This document shows, one piece after another, positions 18,332 to 26,634 of a stretch of 30,597 nt of DNA; position 1 is the first letter of the stretch, and each line of letters starts with the position of its first letter. Under the pieces are notes generated by a model. It was not told the DNA's origin and did no database searches. It worked only from the letters and a program-made list of their open reading frames with translations. The DNA is taken from sequence record DRR378314_578; one strand, 5' to 3'. A program made the translations under genes and the position numbers.

Positions 18332-21300
18332 TTAAAATTTTAGATTAACTCCGAAAGAATAAATTGCAGCTAAAGGATAGTTGTTATCCGCAACACCAAT
18401 GGTCAAGTTGTCAATGGCACCACCTTCAAATCTAGGTTGTAGCTCAGGGTCAACTCCATCATAACCTGTTATGGTGAACAAGTTGGTACCTTGCAGGTAG
18501 AAGCGAACACTATTCATTCCTAAATAACTGGAAACTTGCTCATTAAAAGTATAACCAATTTGAAGGTTTTTCAATCTCATATAAGATCCATCTTCCACAA
18601 AGAAGGAGTTTGCATTACCTTCATTGTTGGATATACTCTGGCTCAACGCCGGCAATTCGGCATCTAGGTTATCTGGAGTCCAAGAATCCAAAACCCTTAC
18701 ACTTCTGTTTGCATTGAAGAATGTTGGGAAGTCAGTATAAACTTTATCGTTATTGAATATTTCGTTCCCTTGCGACCCTTGGAAAAACGCAGACATATCA
18801 AAACCTTTATAGGCAGCTGTCAAGTTAATACCATAAGTGAAATCTGGGTGAGGCGATCCGATGAAAGTTCTATCGTCATCATTGATCACACCGTCATCGT
18901 TCAAATCAGCATATCTGAACCTTCCAACACCATCGGCAGGAGTTGCAAACCCTTGGTCTGCAGCTGCCGTAACTTCTGCTTCCGAAGCAAAAATACCGTC
19001 AACTACTCTACCGTAGAATGATGAAAGCGGTTGCCCCTCTTGTGTTCTTGTAACAGTACCCGTGGTTCTAAACCCTCCGAAACCTGTTTGGAAGGCACTG
19101 ATCAAATCCACCACTTCGTTTTTGTAATGGGAGACGTTAAGGTCAATACCATAGCTAAAGCCAGAGTTCGTTTGATCTCTATAGCTTAAAGTAGCATCCA
19201 CACCTGTGTTCTCAATGGAACCAAGATTCACGAACGGTGGAGCTGCATCAATAGCTGTTGAACTGAACAATTGTTCATCCTGGTTGATCAAATCCTTTGT
19301 CTTGATTTTAAAATATTCTGCAGAAACATTCAATTTGTTGTCAAAGAAGCCAAGTTCAACACCGAAGTTGGTGGTTTCACTGGTTTCCCATCTCAAATTA
19401 GGGTTACCCGCAGCAGACAATAATGCACCTTGTGATGGGCCTCCGTTACCTGTGTAAACATAATTTGCATATTGCTCGCTCAATACAGAAATATTGATGG
19501 TTGGGTTGTTCACCGGAAGTGTCTGGTTACCCAATTGTCCCCAAGAACCTTTCAACTTCAATCGGCTCACGAAAGAGTCTGTTGGCCAAAAGGATTCGTT
19601 GCTCACTACCCAACCAGCACTGAAAGATGGGAAGGTATCACTCTTATTGTCTCCCAAAAATCGAGAGGATTCATCACGACGTACGGTAGCAGTCAACAAG
19701 TAACGACCATCATAGTCATAATTTACCGTTCCGAACAAAGAGAACAAAGAATTTGCATTGTCATAGGCGTAAGCCACGTTTGGTGCACCACCACCATTGC
19801 TCAACAAATAATAGTCAGGTGTTTCGAAAAAATAGTCGTTTCTAGTAATTTCCTTTCCTTTTGCCTGATTATCCAAAGCCTCAATACCAATTAGAGCATT
19901 AATCTTGTGATCTCCGAAAGACTTGTTATAGTTTAAGGTGTTTGTCCATACCCACTCGTAGTTGTCTTGATCGGCCTCTCTCAATGTATTTGTGGCAATA
20001 GGCTCAGATGATTCTGGAATCAACGCCCTAAAACGTCTGTCGTTGTAAGCTCTAATGGAACCACCGAAGGATGTTTTGAACTGCAATCCATCCATAATGT
20101 CCAATGTAGCATAAATATCACCGAATACCCTGAGTGTCTTGGCATAGTCATCTTTTTGACGAGTAGCTTCCGCCACAGGGTTGTTAGGGTTGGATAGTCC
20201 TGTATCGTTACTGTAGTTACCACCAAAGTTCCCATCAGTATCATAAACTGGCACCAAAGGAGACATTCTTTGTGCAAAATTGAACCATGACTGCCCACCA
20301 GCTCTTCTATCGAAAGAAATGTTGGCGTGTTGCCCGATACGAATTCTATCACCGATTTTAAACTCTGAGTTCAATCGTACCGTCCCTCTTTTAAATCCTG
20401 TATGGATTTGAACACCCTGACGGTTTAAGTAGTTAGCAGAGAAGAGAAATCTTGATTTTTCATTACCATTTTCCAAAGTAATGGAAGCGTTTTGCGTAAT
20501 GGCACTTCTGTAGATTTCATCCACCCAATCGGTACCACCTGGTCTAACATTCATAGTTACAGGAACACCTTGAATAGTGGAAGGAACAACCGGACTTGCA
20601 CCGTCACCATATTGTGGGTGCGAAGGCGTTCCACCATCATTCAGGATACTTTGCCAAAGCATTTCTCCATGTTGCTGTGGGTTTAGCATATCTGGCTTAT
20701 TCGTTACTACGGAGAATCCTGTAAGCAAATCAACCGAAACTTTTGCGGTGTTAAGGTTATAACCACCTCCTTTAGTGGTTATAATGACAACACCATTGGA
20801 TGCCCTTGCACCATAAATAGCGGCAGCACCATCTTTAAGTACGTTAAATTGCTCGATATCCGCTGGGTTAATTGAGTTTAAGATACCTGGGTCATCGGTC
20901 TGAACGCCATCAATAATATAGAGAGGGTCGTTACTATTACCTGTACCAAAACCCCTAATACGAACTACTGGAGCTGAACCAGGAGCACCGTTATTGGTAA
21001 CTGTAACACCTGCCACCCTACCTTGTAAGGCTTCTGCGGCGTTTACAACAGGAGTTTTTGTGGCTTCCTCAACATCAACTGTTGCCACAGATCCTGTTAA
21101 TTCCCCTCTTGTTTGTGTACCATAACCTGTTACCACCACCTCATCCAAGGCTGCGGCATCTTCTTCCATGGTTACATCAATTGTAGTATTACCGTCCACT
21201 GGAATTTCAATGGTCTTAAATCCTACGTAAGAAAAAATCAAAGTAGCATCCGAAGCTGCCGTAATGGAGTAATTTCCATCAAAATCCGTCTGCGTACCGT

Positions 21301-21532
21301 TGGTAGTACCCTTTACAATAACATTTGTTCCGGGTAGTGGAGTTCCAAAGTTATCCACAACGGTTCCCGTAATGGTAATTTGGTAAGGAGGTGAAGTAGC
21401 TTCATCCAAGTCTGGGGCCGCTGCCATTGCAGATCCACCCACCAGCATCATTGTCATTGACAAAAAGAGAGCCTGAAAAGCTTTAAAGCAATCAGACAAT
21501 CTTGTCAAAACTTTAAATCTGTTTTGATTCAT
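18332..21532 (-). CDS. susC: SusC/RagA family TonB-dependent transporter
   Basis: N-terminal extension (GTQTDFDGNYSI), LDEVVVTGYG, plug motifs PLYIIDG and VLKDGAAAIYGARASNGVVIITTK, NPNLRWET, C-terminal Phe (GVNLKF). Confidence 0.96.
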   Translation of the reverse strand: MNQNRFKVLTRLSDCFKAFQALFLSMTMMLVGGSAMAAAPDLDEATSPPYQITITGTVVDNFGTPLPGTNVIVKGTTNGTQTDFDGNYSITAASDATLIFSYVGFKTIEIPVDGNTTIDVTMEEDAAALDEVVVTGYGTQTRGELTGSVATVDVEEATKTPVVNAAEALQGRVAGVTVTNNGAPGSAPVVRIRGFGTGNSNDPLYIIDGVQTDDPGILNSINPADIEQFNVLKDGAAAIYGARASNGVVIITTKGGGYNLNTAKVSVDLLTGFSVVTNKPDMLNPQQHGEMLWQSILNDGGTPSHPQYGDGASPVVPSTIQGVPVTMNVRPGGTDWVDEIYRSAITQNASITLENGNEKSRFLFSANYLNRQGVQIHTGFKRGTVRLNSEFKIGDRIRIGQHANISFDRRAGGQSWFNFAQRMSPLVPVYDTDGNFGGNYSNDTGLSNPNNPVAEATRQKDDYAKTLRVFGDIYATLDIMDGLQFKTSFGGSIRAYNDRRFRALIPESSEPIATNTLREADQDNYEWVWTNTLNYNKSFGDHKINALIGIEALDNQAKGKEITRNDYFFETPDYYLLSNGGGAPNVAYAYDNANSLFSLFGTVNYDYDGRYLLTATVRRDESSRFLGDNKSDTFPSFSAGWVVSNESFWPTDSFVSRLKLKGSWGQLGNQTLPVNNPTINISVLSEQYANYVYTGNGGPSQGALLSAAGNPNLRWETSETTNFGVELGFFDNKLNVSAEYFKIKTKDLINQDEQLFSSTAIDAAPPFVNLGSIENTGVDATLSYRDQTNSGFSYGIDLNVSHYKNEVVDLISAFQTGFGGFRTTGTVTRTQEGQPLSSFYGRVVDGIFASEAEVTAAADQGFATPADGVGRFRYADLNDDGVINDDDRTFIGSPHPDFTYGINLTAAYKGFDMSAFFQGSQGNEIFNNDKVYTDFPTFFNANRSVRVLDSWTPDNLDAELPALSQSISNNEGNANSFFVEDGSYMRLKNLQIGYTFNEQVSSYLGMNSVRFYLQGTNLFTITGYDGVDPELQPRFEGGAIDNLTIGVADNNYPLAAIYSFGVNLKF

Positions 21533-22031
21533 AGATAGTCTATTTAGTTTAGTTATTTACCATAATCGAGACCGTGCATATTGTCTCAATCAGGAACAAT
21601 AATAGGTAAAATTTTAGAATTGACAATATTTTAACATTAAATATTCAAAATGATAAAATGAGTACTTTGAAAATATAAAAATGCCAATGCTAAGAAAACG
21701 TTAATATGCCTAGGCTGAGCATCCACCTTACTTTATAGCTTATTGGATGCTCTGCAAGTCGCCTTTAAATTTACAACAAATATGCGATTAATTGTTATTT
21801 TTACACAAGGTGAATTTGAGACCTAATTAGTGGCTACTTCGATTTAGGACATTGAACTGATTTTTTAAGAAATTCCTACAACATATTTATAATTGAATTT
21901 AGGAGTTGTTGATGTAATTGATTTTATCAATCTATATATATGCAACCATAGGTTTCCAAAAGCACCTAAACATGGCCACTGTTTAAATATCGGTCGAAGT
22001 AAAATTGAACATTCCAAAGATAAGACCATTC

Positions 22032-22052
22032 ATTGTATCAAAATGATACAAT
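22032..22052. promoter_or_regulatory. Perfect 21-bp palindrome, candidate NrtR-family operator
   Basis: ATTGTATCA-AAA-TGATACAAT has perfect 9-bp arms and a 3-nt centre, 59 nt upstream of the NrtR-family gene. The loop is too short and AT-rich for a terminator. Confidence 0.7.
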
Positions 22053-22111
22053 AAGTTGCTCTTTTTTTTATTTTTATATTTTTTTGATGTAAATTTTACG
22101 ATGTTTACAAA

Positions 22112-22837
22112 ATGTTACCAATCGAAAAAGACCATATAACCAACCTTGCCTATGATACCGTAATCCTAGGTTTTACAGGTAAAGAATTGAAGATTTTGAT
22201 ACTGGAATATCAAAATTCCGGTCAGTTTGCATTGCCTGGAGGATTTATTCGGCGCGATGAAGATTTGTACGATGCGGTTAAAAGAGGAGTGCGGGAAAGA
22301 ACGGGTTTAGAAAAAATCCATTTGGAACAATTTCACACCTTTGGAAAAAAAAACAGAGACAGTTCCTACCCCTTTAAAAAGATTGCTGCCGGAAAAGGGT
22401 ACACCTTAACATCCGATCATTGGGTCCTTGATAGATTCATCACTGTAGGATATTATGCGCTGATCAATTACAACCAAGTGCAACCTACCCCGGATAAATT
22501 TTCGGATTCAATCAATTGGTACGACATTAACAAGCTCCCAAAGTTAATGATAGACCACGCGGAAATTGTTGACAAAGCATTGGAATCCATCCAGCATGAT
22601 CTGGGCAAGAAACCTATAGGGGAAAATCTGTTGCCCGAAAAATTTACGATGAAAGAACTACAAAAGGTCTACGAAATTATTTTAAACAAAGAATTTCGTC
22701 GTACTACATTTCAACGTAAAATGTTAGGCATGGATATTTTAAAACGGCACGAAAAACTATATACTGGAGCCGCAAACAAGGCACCCTATCTGTACAGTTT
22801 CAACACAAAAAAGATGGAAAAGGCTGAAAAGCCATGA
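22112..22837 (+). CDS. NrtR-family transcriptional regulator (degenerate NUDIX domain + winged helix)
   Basis: ALPGGFI...ERTGL NUDIX-like box, LEQFHTFG, RFITVGYYAL, DHAEIV. C-terminal wHTH LLPEKFTMKELQKVYEIIL...TFQRKM...APYLYSF. Confidence 0.9.
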   Translation: MLPIEKDHITNLAYDTVILGFTGKELKILILEYQNSGQFALPGGFIRRDEDLYDAVKRGVRERTGLEKIHLEQFHTFGKKNRDSSYPFKKIAAGKGYTLTSDHWVLDRFITVGYYALINYNQVQPTPDKFSDSINWYDINKLPKLMIDHAEIVDKALESIQHDLGKKPIGENLLPEKFTMKELQKVYEIILNKEFRRTTFQRKMLGMDILKRHEKLYTGAANKAPYLYSFNTKKMEKAEKP

Positions 22838-22905
22838 AAAAAATCAAACTCACCACAAGAAATTGTTGAATAATTCAACCTTTAAAATCTAAACGAAATA
22901 TACGA

Positions 22906-24612
22906 ATGCCAAATTTCAATATTGATGCCGACCCTAAACACACCTACGATGCCATAGTAATCGGCTCGGGAATCAGCGGTGGTTGGGCAGCTAAAGAGCT
23001 CTGCGAGAAAGGATTGAAGACCCTTGTTTTAGAACGGGGGCCTGTCGTGGAACATCCAAAAGATTACACTACCGCCAATCTAGACCCTTGGGATATGGAG
23101 CTTCGGGGAGGATTAACTCCTGAACAACAAAAAAAACACTATAAAGGCATACGGTCAGGTTTTATAGGCCAAGACACCGAACATTTTTATGCTAACGACG
23201 AGGAAAATCCATATACCGAGGTTAAACCATTCCTTTGGATACGGGGACACCAAATGGGCGGTCGTTCGCTCTTGTGGGGCAAACAGACCTACCGTTGGAG
23301 CGAAATGGACTTTGAAGCTAATGCCAAGGATGGACATGGAGTGGATTGGCCCATCCGTTATAAAGATTTGGAGCCTTGGTATACTTATGTAGAAAAGTTT
23401 GCAGGTATCAGTGGCGAAGCCCTTGGACTGCCACAGCTTCCCGATAGTCACTTTCTACCTCCCATGGAGTTGAACTGTGTGGAAAAACATATCAAAGAAC
23501 GTATAGAACGGGACTTCCCCGGAAGACACATGATCATAGGGCGGGTAGCGCATTTGACCCAACCACTTAATGGTAGGGGACAATGCCAATACCGCAACCG
23601 ATGTAGCCGGGGATGTCCGTATGGCGCCTACTTTAGCAGTAATGCCGTAACCTTGCCAGCAGCCAATGCAACCGGGAATCTTACTTTTAGACCTTACTCC
23701 ATTGTGCAGTCCATTATGTATGATGAAGGAACAGGCAAGGCATCCGGTGTTCGCATTATTGATGCCGAGACCAATGAGGACATTGAATTCAAGGCCAAAA
23801 TTGTTTTCTGCAACGCCTCTACCTTGAGTACCACCCAAATACTATTGAATTCCACCTCCAACCGCTTCCCGGATGGAATGGGCAACGACAGTGGTGAATT
23901 GGGCCATAACTTAATGGATCATACCTACCGTGTGGGGGCACTGGGTAAGGTAGATGGTTATGATGACAAATACTACAGTGGCCGCAGGCCCAACGGAATT
24001 TATATCCCCCGTTATTGGAATATTGACGAAAAATCCAAAACCGACAAGTTCCTCCGTGGTTTTGGTTATCAGGGAGGTGGTTATCGCATGGGAAATAGTG
24101 AAGCGGCCAATCGTAAAGAATTCGGTGGCGATTACAAGGATAGTATCATGAAACCTGGGCCATGGGAATTCTTCATTACAGGTTTTGCCGAATGTTTGCC
24201 CTATCATGATAATAAAGTGTACCTCAACAAGGAGGTGACGGATAAATGGGGACAACCTACTTTGTCCATAGATTGTGAGTACAAGGAAAATGAATTGGCC
24301 CAGAACAAACAGATTCAAGAAGATGCGGTGGAAATGCTCGAAAAAGCTGGGGTAAATGATGTTCTTGGGTTTGATAACGAGCACGAACCGGGGTATGGGG
24401 TTCACGAAATGGGAACCGCACGTATGGGCCGCGACCCAAAAACCTCAGTTTTGAACGGAACCAATCAAGTGCATGCTGTCAAAAATGTATTTGTGACAGA
24501 TGGTGCCTGTATGACTTCCAACTCTTGTGTAAATCCATCACTTACCTATATGGCGCTTACTGCAAGGGCTGCCGATCATGCCGTGAAAGAACTCAAAAAA
24601 ATGAACCTTTAA
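22906..24612 (+). CDS. GMC-family FAD oxidoreductase (glycoside 3-dehydrogenase / gluconate 2-dehydrogenase large-subunit type)
   Basis: DAIVIGSGISGGWAAKEL Rossmann motif, GGRSLLWG, Cys cluster CQYRNRCSRGCP, LGHNLMDH, active-site HEMGTARMG, DGACM...NPSLTYMAL. No signal peptide. Confidence 0.92.
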   Translation: MPNFNIDADPKHTYDAIVIGSGISGGWAAKELCEKGLKTLVLERGPVVEHPKDYTTANLDPWDMELRGGLTPEQQKKHYKGIRSGFIGQDTEHFYANDEENPYTEVKPFLWIRGHQMGGRSLLWGKQTYRWSEMDFEANAKDGHGVDWPIRYKDLEPWYTYVEKFAGISGEALGLPQLPDSHFLPPMELNCVEKHIKERIERDFPGRHMIIGRVAHLTQPLNGRGQCQYRNRCSRGCPYGAYFSSNAVTLPAANATGNLTFRPYSIVQSIMYDEGTGKASGVRIIDAETNEDIEFKAKIVFCNASTLSTTQILLNSTSNRFPDGMGNDSGELGHNLMDHTYRVGALGKVDGYDDKYYSGRRPNGIYIPRYWNIDEKSKTDKFLRGFGYQGGGYRMGNSEAANRKEFGGDYKDSIMKPGPWEFFITGFAECLPYHDNKVYLNKEVTDKWGQPTLSIDCEYKENELAQNKQIQEDAVEMLEKAGVNDVLGFDNEHEPGYGVHEMGTARMGRDPKTSVLNGTNQVHAVKNVFVTDGACMTSNSCVNPSLTYMALTARAADHAVKELKKMNL

Positions 24613-24616
24613 AATT

Positions 24617-25210
24617 ATGGATCGCAGAAAAGCTTTAAAATTTACAGGAAGTATGGCCGCAGCTGCCGTTGCCGGCCCTTCATTGTTATCCCTGCTTCAG
24701 TCTTGCAAAAATGAAGCACGTGTAGATTGGCAACCACAATTTTTGACGATGGATGAGGCTGCCTTCGTGTCCAAAATAGTGGATATGATTTTACCACGTA
24801 CCGAAACACCGGGAGCTTTGGACGTCAAAGTCGATATTTTTATCGATAAGGTCTATGCCAAATTGTATGATGCCAATGGTCAAAACCATGTTAGAAAAGA
24901 AATAGAAAAATTCAATTCCGATTGTATATCCGATTTTGGCGACAGCTTTGTCAACCTTTCCGAATCCGACCAAATCAAAGTCTTGGAAAAGGCAGAACAA
25001 AACTCGGGACAATTTGGAAGCGGGGTTTGGGGAACCACAGTAGGAAACCCAGAACCAGTAGGCTTCTATCGGTCCTTAAAATCAACCATTTTATGGGGCT
25101 ATTTTACCTCCGAGGAAATCGGTGAAAATGTACTTAACTATGACCCTGTTCCAGGAGCATATCACGGTTGTATACCGTTGGCAGAGGTGGGCAATAAATG
25201 GAGCCTTTAA
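24617..25210 (+). CDS. Gluconate 2-dehydrogenase subunit 3 family (Tat-exported small subunit)
   Basis: Twin-arginine leader MDRRKALK with possible lipobox LQSC. ILPRTETPGA, GYFTSEEIG and YDPVPGAYHGC match the family. Lies 4 nt after the GMC gene. Confidence 0.9.
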   Translation: MDRRKALKFTGSMAAAAVAGPSLLSLLQSCKNEARVDWQPQFLTMDEAAFVSKIVDMILPRTETPGALDVKVDIFIDKVYAKLYDANGQNHVRKEIEKFNSDCISDFGDSFVNLSESDQIKVLEKAEQNSGQFGSGVWGTTVGNPEPVGFYRSLKSTILWGYFTSEEIGENVLNYDPVPGAYHGCIPLAEVGNKWSL

Positions 25211-25213
25211 CCT

Positions 25214-26584
25214 ATGCAAAACAGGTCTTTTTATATCAACCGAAGAAAATTCCTGACTGGCTCGGCCGCTACTTTGGCCCTATCGTCATTTGGCGCCTAT
25301 GGCATGGATTTGATGTACTCATCAAAAAAGTGGAATGTAGGACTAATAGGTTGTGGTTGGTACGGCGTAAGTGATTTGTTCAAACTGATTCAAGTAGCCA
25401 ATATCGAAGTGGTCTCACTCTGTGATGTGGACAAAAAACATCTGGAAGAAGCTGCACATTTGGTGTCCCAGCGACAAAAATCCCGTAAAAAGCCACGATT
25501 GTACAGCGATTATCGCAAAATGCTTGCCGAAAAGGATTTGGATATCGTTTTGATTGGTTCACCGGACCATTGGCATGCGCTACAAGCCATAGAAGCCATG
25601 GAATCTGGTGCACATCTTTATTTACAAAAACCCATTAGCCTTGATATTTTGGAAGGCGAAGCCATTTTGGCCACTGCCCGAAGATTGGGCAAAAAAGTGC
25701 AAGTAGGCACCCAACGTAGAAGTACGCCGCACTTGATCGAAGGCAAGAAAAACATTATAGATGCTGGACTACTGGGAAAAATATCCCATGTGGAAATGTG
25801 CTGTTACTACCACATGCGTTGGAATGCCAATCCGCCAGTACAGCAAGTTCCCGATCACTTTGATTACGATTTTTGGTCCGGTCCTGCTCCGTTGAGGCCC
25901 TATATTGGTTTGCCACATAAAAAGTGGAGAGCCTTTACGGAATACGGAAATGGTATTGTGGGCGATATGTGCGTCCATATGCTGGATGCCGTTCGGTGGA
26001 TGCTCGGCCTCGGATGGCCCAAAAAAATATCTTCCACAGGTGGGATTTACGTCCAAAAAGATTCCATAGCCAATACTTCGGATACACAGACTGCCATTTT
26101 TGAGTTTGATGAACTCAATTGCGTATGGCAGCATCGTAGTTGGGGCAATCCGACGGATCCAGATTACCCTTGGGCATTTTTTATTTATGGCGAAAAAGGA
26201 ACTTTTAAGGGAAGTGTATTTCAATATGAGTTCATTCCCCATGATAGTGGTAAAACCATAAAAAAAGAAGCGATTTACGAGCGTGAAAAATATCCAGAGG
26301 ATTTAAAGGAAAAGGATATCGAGCTCCATACAGCACCAGCTACACGAGGCCACATGTTGGATTTGTTGGATGCCATCGAAAGTGATAGATTTCCTGTGGC
26401 CGATGTAGAGCAGGGCCATATTTCCACAGCCAGTTGTATCCTGGCCAACCTTGCCATGGGATTGGAACGCCCATTGGTTTATAATCCACAAAAAAGGATT
26501 ATTGTTGATGATACCGAAGCCTCCTCATTGCTTAAGCACAAGTATCGAGAACCTTGGCAACATCCTTCGGAAACCATTTTATGA
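25214..26584 (+). CDS. Gfo/Idh/MocA family NAD(P)-dependent oxidoreductase, Tat-exported
   Basis: Tat motif NRRKFL, GLIGCGWYG, SPDHWHA, YLQKP, VQVGTQRRS, WSGPAP, GDMCVHMLD. Confidence 0.92.
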   Translation: MQNRSFYINRRKFLTGSAATLALSSFGAYGMDLMYSSKKWNVGLIGCGWYGVSDLFKLIQVANIEVVSLCDVDKKHLEEAAHLVSQRQKSRKKPRLYSDYRKMLAEKDLDIVLIGSPDHWHALQAIEAMESGAHLYLQKPISLDILEGEAILATARRLGKKVQVGTQRRSTPHLIEGKKNIIDAGLLGKISHVEMCCYYHMRWNANPPVQQVPDHFDYDFWSGPAPLRPYIGLPHKKWRAFTEYGNGIVGDMCVHMLDAVRWMLGLGWPKKISSTGGIYVQKDSIANTSDTQTAIFEFDELNCVWQHRSWGNPTDPDYPWAFFIYGEKGTFKGSVFQYEFIPHDSGKTIKKEAIYEREKYPEDLKEKDIELHTAPATRGHMLDLLDAIESDRFPVADVEQGHISTASCILANLAMGLERPLVYNPQKRIIVDDTEASSLLKHKYREPWQHPSETIL

Positions 26585-26634
26585 CCATAAAAAACCCACT
26601 ATCAACATAAAAATTGATAGCCATCAGAACCAAA

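Noticed and set aside
21917-21931. ATTGAT-TTT-ATCAAT palindrome in the susC-nrtR intergenic region
   Set aside because: 6-bp AT-rich arms in a very AT-rich region are too likely by chance.
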